62,769 bases of DNA from an uncultured Enterobacteriaceae bacterium (GTDB lineage Bacteria; Myxococcota_A; UBA9042), in assembly GCA_964356325.1 (NCBI GenBank), contig CAYHHL010000009.1:1-62769 (forward strand). The letters are read 5' to 3'. Below the pieces are notes generated by a model that was given only the letters and a program-made list of their open reading frames with translations, ran no database searches and was not told the DNA's origin. Shown piece by piece: positions 48,710-57,013 of the stretch (the stretch's first letter is position 1; each line of letters begins with the position of its first letter). A program made the translations under genes and the position numbers.

Positions 48710-48908
48710 CGAAACTCCAGGACGGACCGGCGGGGCGGCGCGCGCATTGCAGCGGACGCGGCGGCAGGACGCAAGAGCGGGAATGACGCGCTGGACGCAG
48801 GGGTTGCAGCCGATGCTGAGCGGGGTTACCATGCCGCGCTTGTTCGCTCGCGACCGTCGTATCTGAAGACCGTCCGACTCCCAACCTGCCATAGCTTGAG
48901 GAAATTAG

Positions 48909-50963
48909 ATGAAGAAGGAAAATGCCATCATCGCGATCGTCGCGGTCGGTGTGCTGGCGTTCGTGGGCGGACGCATGGCGACCTCTCCATCGGCGCCGGC
49001 TCCGGCAGCCGTGACCCCCGAGACCGTGAAGGCGGAAGCGCCGGTCGCAGCCCCGGTCGGGTCCAAGACCCCGGCTGAAGGTCCGGCCAACGCCAAGGTC
49101 ACGATCATCGAGATCAGCGACTACCAGTGTCCGTTCTGCAGCCGCGCGTACACGACGCTGGAAGAGGTCAAGAAGCAGTACCCGAAGGACGTGCGCATCC
49201 TCTTCATCAACCAGCCGCTGCCGTTTCACCCGCACGCCAAGCCGGCGGCTGTCGCCTCTCTGGCCGCCCACAAGCAGGGCAAGTTCTGGGAAATGTACGG
49301 CAAGCTGTTCTCCAACCAGCAGCAGCTCGGCGACGAGAACTACCAGAAGTGGGCCAAGGAAATCGGCCTGGACATGGCCAAGTTCAACGCCGACCTCAAG
49401 GACGCCGAAGTCGCCAAGCAGGTCGAGCGCGACATGGCGGTGGCCAAGGGTCTGGGCGTCAACGGAACGCCGGGCTTCTTCATCAACGGCGTGAATGTCT
49501 CGGGCGCGCAGCCGATCGAGAACTTCAAGAAGATCATCGACGAGCAGATCACCAAGGCCAATGACGAGTTGGCCAAGGGCACCAAGGCCGAGGACCTGAA
49601 CGAGAAGCTGACCAAGGCCAACAACCCGGCGCTCGGTGACAACCTGATCAAGTGGGTGTTCAAGGGCGAGAACCCGCCGGCCGATGCCGCGCCGCCCGCC
49701 GCTGCCGGTGGCGACAAGAAGGCCGATCGCCCGGATCCGCTGGCGGACAAGACCGTGTGGAAGGTGCCGCTTTCGGGTCTCGAAGCCGTCAAGGGCAAGG
49801 CCGACGCCGCCGTGACGCTGATTTGGTACACGGACTTCCAGTGCCCCTTCTGCTCGCGCGTCCAGCCGACCATCGAGAAGATCGAGACCGAGTACAAGGA
49901 CAAGGTTCGTATCGTTTTCAAGCATTTGCCGCTCGACTTCCACAAGAACGCGATGGGTGCCGCCGAAGCCGCCGCTTGCGCCAACGAGCAGGGCAAGTTC
50001 TGGGAAATGGAGAAGTACCTGTACGAGAACCAGCAGAAGCTCGAAGCCGCCCAGCTCGGCGAGCATGCCAAGGCTGTTGGTCTGGACACAGGCAAGTGGC
50101 AGAAGTGCATGGACGCCCACAAGTTCAAGGACGCGATCGCCAAGGACATGGCCACGGCCGAGAAGGTCCAGACGACCGGAACGCCGGCATTCTTCGTCAA
50201 CGGCCGCAAGCTCTCGGGCGCGCGTCCGTTCGAAGACTTCAAGAAGATGATCGACGAGGAGTTGGAGAAGGCCGAGAAGATGATCAAGGACGGCACCCCG
50301 GCCAAGGACGTCTACGCGAAGATCATCGCGGACGGCAAGGAGTTCACGCCCCCGGCTGCTTTGGATCCGAAGGTCCGTGACTTCGACTACGCCGGTTCGC
50401 CGCACAACGGTCCCCGGGACGCCAAGGTCAAGATCGTCGAATTCAAGGATTTCCAGTGCCCCTTCTGCGCGCGCATCAACCCGGCGCTCAAGCAGCTCGA
50501 GCAGAAGATGCACGGCAAGGTCGCGATTGTGTACAAGCACTTCCCGCTGTCGAGCCAGTGCAACCCGGGCATGTCGCGCGACATGCACCCGGCGGCGTGC
50601 CTCGCCACCTACTGGTCGATGGCGGCCGAGGAGCAGGGCAAGTTCTGGGAGTTCGAGGAGATCGTTTACAACAACATGTCGACGATGATGCCGACCGAAG
50701 GCGAATTGCCGGCCCGTCTGGCTGCGCAGACCGAGAACCTCAAGAAGTACGCCAAGGAAGCTGGCGTCGATGTCGACAAGGCCGCAGCCTACGTGGGCGC
50801 CAAGAAGTACGAAGCGCGCCTGACCAAGGACATCAAGGAAGCCGGCGCGGCCGAAGTTCGCGGCACGCCTTCGCTGTTCATCAACGGTCGCCAGTACAAC
50901 GCGCCGATGACCCCCGAGAAGATGGGCGAAGTCGTGCAGAAGGTGCTGGACGGCAAGATCTAG
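48909..50963 (+). CDS. Membrane-anchored protein with three tandem DsbA/thioredoxin-4 domains
   Basis: N-terminal TM/signal; three CPFC active sites (DYQCPFC, DFQCPFC, DFQCPFC), each followed by a cis-Pro motif (GTPGFF, GTPAFF, GTPSLF). Confidence 0.92.
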   Translation: MKKENAIIAIVAVGVLAFVGGRMATSPSAPAPAAVTPETVKAEAPVAAPVGSKTPAEGPANAKVTIIEISDYQCPFCSRAYTTLEEVKKQYPKDVRILFINQPLPFHPHAKPAAVASLAAHKQGKFWEMYGKLFSNQQQLGDENYQKWAKEIGLDMAKFNADLKDAEVAKQVERDMAVAKGLGVNGTPGFFINGVNVSGAQPIENFKKIIDEQITKANDELAKGTKAEDLNEKLTKANNPALGDNLIKWVFKGENPPADAAPPAAAGGDKKADRPDPLADKTVWKVPLSGLEAVKGKADAAVTLIWYTDFQCPFCSRVQPTIEKIETEYKDKVRIVFKHLPLDFHKNAMGAAEAAACANEQGKFWEMEKYLYENQQKLEAAQLGEHAKAVGLDTGKWQKCMDAHKFKDAIAKDMATAEKVQTTGTPAFFVNGRKLSGARPFEDFKKMIDEELEKAEKMIKDGTPAKDVYAKIIADGKEFTPPAALDPKVRDFDYAGSPHNGPRDAKVKIVEFKDFQCPFCARINPALKQLEQKMHGKVAIVYKHFPLSSQCNPGMSRDMHPAACLATYWSMAAEEQGKFWEFEEIVYNNMSTMMPTEGELPARLAAQTENLKKYAKEAGVDVDKAAAYVGAKKYEARLTKDIKEAGAAEVRGTPSLFINGRQYNAPMTPEKMGEVVQKVLDGKI

Positions 50964-50982
50964 TCCTTCAGCTCCAGTGCAA

Positions 50983-51026
50983 GACGCGGCCCGGTCCTGC
51001 CTTGAAGGTGGAACCGGGCCGCGGTC
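50983..51026. terminator. GC-rich hairpin between convergent genes
   Basis: GCGGCCCGGT (50986-95) pairs with ACCGGGCCGC (51013-22), followed by GTCGTTT. Confidence 0.5.
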
Positions 51027-51087
51027 GTTTGGGGGACAGGCGTTTGGGGGCCCGGGCGGCGTGTTTCCCCAGAGGTCCTTCGGCAGC

Positions 51088-51158
51088 TTCGAGTGCAAGC
51101 ACTCGAATTGGCTCAGGATGACATCGCCTGCTTCGAGTGCTTAGCACTCGAGGCAGGC
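51088..51158. repeat. Two related palindromes overlapping the end of the matrixin-like gene
   Basis: TTCGAGTGC-AA-GCACTCGAA (51088-51107) and GCCTGCTTCGAGTGC-TTA-GCACTCGAGGCAGGC (51126-51158). Confidence 0.75.
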
Positions 51159-53189
51159 TCGGCGGCGCAGGGCCAGCAGGCTCACGACGGCCAGCAAGGC
51201 CAGCAGGGGCAGCACGCCGCGCGAGGTTCGGCTGGCTTGGCAGGTCGAGTCGTCCGCCAGTTGTACGCCCTTGAACTTGCTCGCGAGGACCACGTCCGGC
51301 AGCGCGAGATCGTTGCGCGCCGAGGGGTTGGCTAGCTTCTTTGCAGCAGGACTCACCGCGAAGCGCAGCGCGGCGTCGGGCGCGCACACGCCGTGCTCGC
51401 TGGCCAAGCCGCCCGTTTCGAAAGGCGCGCACGTCAGCCCCGAAGCGCACGGTTTGCCTTTGGGGTCGCACACCGTGCGGCAGTTCGCGGGCTCGCCGGT
51501 CGCCGCGGCGCAAAATAGGTCCGAGCGGCATGGCTGGCTGGCGCTGCACGAGGCTCCCGGCGCGGCGCCGCCCTGGTCCGCCCGGCACACTCCGCCTGAC
51601 TTGACCCACACGCAGCTGTGCGCCTTGGTGCAGTCGCTGCCGTCACCGTACGGGTCGCAGGTGGGCGAACAGGCGCCGATACCAAGCGCGGGGCCGACGT
51701 CGCAGGCCAGGTTGTTGCCGCACGAGCCGGACAACAGGCACGGACCGCCGACGATGGCCGGGCCTGAGGGGATGCACCACTGGAGGCCGGACACGGTGCT
51801 GCAGCCGGTGCCGGCGGGGCATTCCGCTGCGACGACGCAGGGCTGGCTGCACACGCGCGGGTAGCGGCCGCCAGGCGTCGGCACGCATTCGCCGGTCGCG
51901 CAGTCGCCGTTGCCTTCGCAGGGGAAGCCGATCGGCAGCGGCCCGCCCTTGGCCGAACAAAACTGGTCCGTGCGGCAGGACGAGCTCTTGGGGCAGCTGT
52001 GGTTGCCGACGCAATCCAGGCTGCACGAGCCGCCTTGGACCGAAGAACCGACGCAAGTCGCCGGGTTCAGAGCGCCGGACGAACACTCCGAAGCGATGAG
52101 GCAGGGCTCGCCGGGTTCACGCGTTCCAGAGTAGTGGCACAGCTGGCCGGTGCTCGAGGCCACGCAAAAGCCACCGTGGCATCCGGAGCTGCAGGTCTTG
52201 GTGCACCAGCCGAACTTGGACTCGGTGTTGCAGTAGTAGCCGCCGGGGTCGCCGGCGCTCGGCGCGGGGCAGGCGTTGTCGCTGAAGCACAGGCCGCCAG
52301 GGGCCGCCTGCCCGGACTCGGGGTGGCAATGGCCGTCATTGGGCAGGCAGGCCTTGCCGTCGCCGGTCGCGCCGCAACTGGTGGCCAACGGGCAGTCGCC
52401 GTGATCCTGGCACGAGAGCAGGCAGTGGCGGGAACCATCTGACCAGGCGAAGCATTGCCCTTGGGCACAGTCGGCGTCGGTGCTGCACGCGTCGCACTGG
52501 CTGCCGGGCGCTGGACTCTTGGCGGTGGGCCACAGGAAATGGACGCCGCGGCGATCGTCCTCGGCTAGCACGCGCTGGCCGGCGTCGATGCGGTAGAAGT
52601 ACATGGCCGAGCCACTGTCCCTGCTGTGGCCGAGACCGATCGCATGGCCGAGCTGGTGCGTCAGGGCGCCTTGCAGATCGACGAGTTGGCCGGTCTGGAA
52701 CGGCGCGTTGGGATTCAGGGACCACACGATGGGCGGCGCCGCGTTCAGCGCGATCTCGATCCGGCTGACCTTGCCCGAGGCGTCGTGCAGCCGATCGGCG
52801 CGGCCCGTAACGTCGCCGCTGCTGCCGACGTACTTGGAATCGAAGGTGATATAGATATCGTAAAGTGGCGGCTTGGTGACTTGACCGCCGAAATTCAGCA
52901 CGACCCGCGAGTCCGGCACCGCGTTCCAGGTCGCGATCGCCGCCAGGATCGCCGTCTCGACTTGCGCCGAGGTGAGCTTGCCGACGGCCTGCGGACGCCA
53001 ATACACCGACAGCGGCACCTGCGCCGGCCGGATGATGTGGCCCTGTTCGGTGCGATCGACGTCGAACGCAAGCGCCTTACGCGGCAAGAGCAAAGCGCTC
53101 GCCAGGAGCAGCAGCGCCAGCGTCGGTCGCGCGAGCCACTGGTATCTGGGGAACAGCCGGAGAGGATGCGGTGTAGATAGCAAGGCCAT
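51141..53189 (-). CDS. Matrixin (M10)-like secreted protein with HQxxH motif, Cys-rich repeats and MYXO-CTERM-like tail
   Basis: Signal peptide (ALA|F); AAIATWNAVP; HQLGHAIGLGH plus Met-turn SAMY; about 400 aa of Cys repeats; tail TCQASRTSRGVLPLLALLAVVSLLALRRR. Confidence 0.85.
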   Translation of the reverse strand: MALLSTPHPLRLFPRYQWLARPTLALLLLASALLLPRKALAFDVDRTEQGHIIRPAQVPLSVYWRPQAVGKLTSAQVETAILAAIATWNAVPDSRVVLNFGGQVTKPPLYDIYITFDSKYVGSSGDVTGRADRLHDASGKVSRIEIALNAAPPIVWSLNPNAPFQTGQLVDLQGALTHQLGHAIGLGHSRDSGSAMYFYRIDAGQRVLAEDDRRGVHFLWPTAKSPAPGSQCDACSTDADCAQGQCFAWSDGSRHCLLSCQDHGDCPLATSCGATGDGKACLPNDGHCHPESGQAAPGGLCFSDNACPAPSAGDPGGYYCNTESKFGWCTKTCSSGCHGGFCVASSTGQLCHYSGTREPGEPCLIASECSSGALNPATCVGSSVQGGSCSLDCVGNHSCPKSSSCRTDQFCSAKGGPLPIGFPCEGNGDCATGECVPTPGGRYPRVCSQPCVVAAECPAGTGCSTVSGLQWCIPSGPAIVGGPCLLSGSCGNNLACDVGPALGIGACSPTCDPYGDGSDCTKAHSCVWVKSGGVCRADQGGAAPGASCSASQPCRSDLFCAAATGEPANCRTVCDPKGKPCASGLTCAPFETGGLASEHGVCAPDAALRFAVSPAAKKLANPSARNDLALPDVVLASKFKGVQLADDSTCQASRTSRGVLPLLALLAVVSLLALRRRACLEC

Positions 53190-53343
53190 TTCCGTCCATC
53201 TCGCGCGCAGAACCGGCGCGCGTTTTCGCTGGCAAACCATCGCCCTGACTGTAGGCGTCCGCGGCTGTGGAGTCCACCGCTAGCACAGTGGCTCGCTCGG
53301 CCAAAGGCAGGGGTGCAGAACAATAGGCGAAACATTGAATTGC

Positions 53344-53371
53344 TTGACCTAGGGCTGGACGTGGCTATTCT
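53344..53371 (+). promoter_or_regulatory. Possible sigma-70 promoter of the small Cys protein gene
   Basis: TTGACC-16 nt-TATTCT about 70 nt upstream of ATG 53439. Confidence 0.45.
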
Positions 53372-53438
53372 CCGCGCCCGTTCGGCCCCCTGCGTCCAAA
53401 GCGCGAGTCTGGGCCAAGACCCTGCAGGAGAGGTTTCC

Positions 53439-53726
53439 ATGAGTACCAGCGCACTTCCGCAGATCGCGAACGATGACTCACGCCCCCGCCGCCTGACCGA
53501 TATCTTCCGGTGCAGCCACCGCGGCCGCAACCTGCTGCTCGCCACGTGCCTGGACGACTACATGAACGCCAACGCCTTGCGCGTGAAGTCCATGGTTTGT
53601 TTCGAATGCACGCAGGGGGGCTGCAATCGCGAAGCCTTCGCCGCGGACGCCGATACCGAAGGCCTGCTCGATTCCGAGATCTGGGCGCGGCTGATGGCCG
53701 ACATGAAAGATCCCGACATGCCGTGA
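53439..53726 (+). CDS. Small cytoplasmic protein (95 aa) with a candidate Cys4 metal site
   Basis: GGAGAGG RBS; FRCSHR..TCLDDY..CFECTQGGC; no signal peptide; GC3-rich codon usage. Confidence 0.7.
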   Translation: MSTSALPQIANDDSRPRRLTDIFRCSHRGRNLLLATCLDDYMNANALRVKSMVCFECTQGGCNREAFAADADTEGLLDSEIWARLMADMKDPDMP

Positions 53727-54036
53727 CACGCCTACGCGTGCCGGTGTGCGATTAAAGCCATCTGAAGCCGCACGGTTGCGGGCGAGAAGTCGCGGAGTCG
53801 CTTGTCGCGCAGGCCTCGTCGTGCTAACTTGCCCGCGCCTCGACGTCTGCCAGGTCGCCTCTGGGCACCGAAACGACGCGAGGTTTGAACGACCTACAAG
53901 GTTCGAAGGACAGCGAGGTTTGCACGACCTTGCTGGGGCGGCAGGTGAGACCTGTCCTCGACGCTGATCCAACCCTGGAATATGCCGGCGATACGGGAGC
54001 CCTCGGGCCCGATTCGAGAACCGGCGCGGAGACGAC

Positions 54037-56115
54037 ATGGCGACGGCCAACAGTCAGAGCTTCCCGGTCCAATTCGGGCGCTACTACCTGACGCAGAAGG
54101 TCGCCATGGGCGGCATGGCGGAGATCTTCCGCGGCAAGAGCATCGGCGCGGAAGGCTTCGAGAAGATCGTCGCGATCAAGCGGATCCTGCCGCACTTCTC
54201 GGAGGACGAAGGCTTCGTCACGATGTTCAAGGACGAGGCCCGCGTCGCCGCCCAGCTGACGCATGCCAACGTCGTGCAAGTGTTCGACTTCGATGAAGTG
54301 GACGAACTCTTCTACATCGCGATGGAGTACGTCGAGGGCCACGACCTGAAGCGCGTGCTCGACGTCGGCGCGCGCGATGGCAAGCCGCTGTCGATCGCGC
54401 AAGCCGTTCACATCATGATGGAAGCCTCGCAGGGCCTGCACTACGCCCATACCCGCGTGGTCGACGGCAATCCGCTCAACATCATCCACCGTGACGTATC
54501 TCCGCACAACATCATGGTTTCCTTCAATGGCGAAGTGAAGATCATGGACTTCGGCATCGCCAAGGCGGCCAGCCGATCGACCAAGACGCGCGTGGGCACC
54601 GTGAAGGGCAAGTGCGCGTACATGAGCCCAGAACAGGCGCGTGGCAAGCCGCTGGACGGCCGGTCCGACCTGTTCGCGCTCGGCGTGACGCTGTGGGAGA
54701 TGCTGACCGGCAAGCGCTTGTTCGTGGGCGAGTCGGACTTCGAGACGCTCAACAACGTGCTGAAGGCCGAGGTGCCGCCGCTGAGCGAACTGAACCCGGA
54801 AGTGCCGAAGGAACTCGAAGCGATCGTGCTGAGGTCGCTGGCGCGCGATCGCGATGAACGCCAGGCCGATGTCGGCGTGTTCGTGAGCGAGTTGCGGCGC
54901 TGGTTCTACGGCAACGTGCCCGATCCGGAAGCGGCGAACATCAAGACCTATATGAACGACCTGTTCGCGAGCGACATCGCCAAGTTGCGCAATGACGTCG
55001 CGGCCGAGCAGCAGATGATGGAGGGCGTGCGCAAGGGCGGCACGGCTTCGCAGCGTCGGGCGGCGGGCGGTGGCACTGGATCGTCGCCCTCGGCGCGGGT
55101 GCCGGACGACGAAAAGACCATGGCGTTGGATACTTCTGGCGGCGCCCAGTTGGATGCCGATAGGACCATGGCGCTGCCCGACGCGATGGCCCAGCTCGGT
55201 CTGGCCAACGCGGGCGGACGCACGATGTCCGACATGTCCGCGGTGATCCCCAAGAAATCCAAGGCCGGCATGTTCGTCGGCGTCGGCGTCGTCCTGGCCG
55301 CGGTGGTTGCCATCGGCGGCTACGTTGCGATGACCGGGGACAAGACTGCGGCCAAGCCGCCTTCCGCGCTGGCCGCGGTCGCGCCACCCACCGCCAAGAC
55401 CAAGCTGCACATCAAGGCACCGGGAGCGAACCAGATCTCGGTGGACGACGAACTGCTGTGCACCGAAGCGGAATGCACGACCACGGCGGAAAAGGGCAAG
55501 ACCGTCAAAATCATCGCCAAGAACGGCGAGCGCATGAAGCTCGTGCGCCAGGAACTGACCGAAGACGAAATGACGATCACGCTCGAACTGCCCAAGAGCG
55601 AAGAGAAGAAACCGGAAGCGTTGATCGCGGTGCAGGCCTCGCCGGTCGTGATCGTGCAGGTCATTCCGATCACGGCGGAAGTGACGGTCAACGGCCAGAA
55701 GATCGAACTGACGGGCGGCAACGGCAAGGTCCCGAACGCCAAGCTGGGCGACACGATCAAGGTGGAGGCCAAGGCTGAGGGGCACAAGTCCGAGACCAAG
55801 GACTTCCTGGTCAAGAACGCGCAGTTGGAGACGTTCGAGATTCGCTTGGAGAAGGAACAGAAGGAGAAGCCGGCAGGCGGTTCAGCGACTCAGGCGCCGA
55901 GTGGTCCGGGCAAGCTGGTGGTCAACGCCAAGCCGTGGGCCAAGGTTTCGGAGAAGGGCAGGGACCTCGGCCTGACGCCGGTGAAGGTCGATCTGGCCGC
56001 CGGCAAGCACACCTTGACGCTGACCAAGGGCTCCGTGACCAAGACCATCTCGGTGACGATCAAGCCTGGTCAGACCGCGACGCAAAACGTCGACATGACC
56101 GAGGCAGCGCCGTAA
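54037..56115 (+). CDS. Membrane Ser/Thr protein kinase with extracytoplasmic PEGA-like domains
   Basis: GGMAEIF, VAIKRI, HRDVSPHN, DFGIAK, YMSPEQ, DLFALG; TM helix at GMFVGVGVVLAAVVAIGGYV; C-terminal GKLVVNAKPWAKV..GLTPVKV..GKHTLTL. Confidence 0.93.
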   Translation: MATANSQSFPVQFGRYYLTQKVAMGGMAEIFRGKSIGAEGFEKIVAIKRILPHFSEDEGFVTMFKDEARVAAQLTHANVVQVFDFDEVDELFYIAMEYVEGHDLKRVLDVGARDGKPLSIAQAVHIMMEASQGLHYAHTRVVDGNPLNIIHRDVSPHNIMVSFNGEVKIMDFGIAKAASRSTKTRVGTVKGKCAYMSPEQARGKPLDGRSDLFALGVTLWEMLTGKRLFVGESDFETLNNVLKAEVPPLSELNPEVPKELEAIVLRSLARDRDERQADVGVFVSELRRWFYGNVPDPEAANIKTYMNDLFASDIAKLRNDVAAEQQMMEGVRKGGTASQRRAAGGGTGSSPSARVPDDEKTMALDTSGGAQLDADRTMALPDAMAQLGLANAGGRTMSDMSAVIPKKSKAGMFVGVGVVLAAVVAIGGYVAMTGDKTAAKPPSALAAVAPPTAKTKLHIKAPGANQISVDDELLCTEAECTTTAEKGKTVKIIAKNGERMKLVRQELTEDEMTITLELPKSEEKKPEALIAVQASPVVIVQVIPITAEVTVNGQKIELTGGNGKVPNAKLGDTIKVEAKAEGHKSETKDFLVKNAQLETFEIRLEKEQKEKPAGGSATQAPSGPGKLVVNAKPWAKVSEKGRDLGLTPVKVDLAAGKHTLTLTKGSVTKTISVTIKPGQTATQNVDMTEAAP

Positions 56116-56214
56116 CGGCCGATCCTGGCTGAAAGTCGGTCCCAGGCGCCAACTCGAGCCTTCCTGTCAGACTCCGAAATCAGCGGCCGAGGTCGAAAAT
56201 AGCTGGGCTGAGTG

Positions 56215-56243
56215 TTGACGGCCTACCTGACCTCGGGTACACA
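56215..56243 (+). promoter_or_regulatory. Possible sigma-70 promoter of tRNA-Gly
   Basis: TTGACG-17 nt-TACACA about 55 nt upstream of the tRNA. Confidence 0.45.
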
Positions 56244-56296
56244 TGCACCCGCTTGAAGCGACCCAGCGTGTTGCGGAAAGCGAGAGTAGATACCGT

Positions 56297-56371
<75 letters not shown>

Positions 56372-56436
56372 GGTTCTCGCCTGGTGCGAAAAGTCAGGTG
56401 CCCCTCACCTGGTGCGAAAAAGTCCAGAGACTAGAC

Positions 56437-56472
56437 GGAAAGGGCTCCATCGCGGGCCCTTTTCCTGCTTTT
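56437..56472 (+). terminator. Rho-independent terminator after tRNA-Gly
   Basis: AAAGGGC/GCCCTTT stem followed by TCCTGCTTTT. Confidence 0.6.
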
Positions 56473-56495
56473 ACGCCCGATCGCCCCAGGAAATT

Positions 56496-56603
56496 GCCGG
56501 CGGCTGAAGCCGCGCCTTGATCTGCGAAGTCCGCCTACGCGGACTGGGCCTTCAGCCGGCGCAGGCCGGCTTTGCAATTTGAGGCGCGGCTTCAGCCGCC
56601 GGC
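56496..56603. repeat. REP/REPIN-like nested palindromic element (108 bp)
   Basis: Perfect 22-bp terminal inverted repeats (56496-56517 and 56582-56603), each containing GCGGCT-NN-AGCCGC, plus two internal hairpins (AGTCCGC/GCGGACT and GCCGGC/GCCGGC). Confidence 0.75.
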
Positions 56604-57013
56604 GTCCCTTCGCCGTGCTGGCGAGATCGCGATGCCGGTCGCGGCCAAACGGCCGGCACGACAACACGGCGGACTTGCGCCGGACTGCCTGTTGGCCGCC
56701 GACCCGGTTTATTCCGCATCGGCGCGAACTGGCATTCAGTTCCCCTCGGAAACCCGTTGCAGTCCCGGCGGCGCTTTGCTAGCCTCCGCAGGCGGGAAGG
56801 CCCTCGCCTGCGCAGCGGCGTCCTTCTCAGACCGACCACGCGTTGTTTCCGGGCATGATCCACCTGGCGGCGCGTTTCGGGGCCGAATCTGGATTCGACA
56901 TCGAAGGCATGCGAACGTTGCGATCCCCTAGCAACTCGTTGCACCGTCAAGGTCGAGCCGGTGGAAGAGGATGGAAGACACCCGCCCCGCTCGTACGGCT
57001 CAGGAGGATTGTA

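Noticed and set aside
48736-48751. Possible sigma-54 promoter CGGCGCG-CGCA-TTGCA upstream of the triple DsbA gene
   Set aside because: Spacing is right but the -24 box has two mismatches in very GC-rich DNA, and no copy of the shared palindrome was seen upstream.
15125-56115. PP2C phosphatase and Ser/Thr kinase as a cognate pair
   Set aside because: They are about 38 kb apart and both families are typically numerous in such genomes; nothing in the sequence links them.
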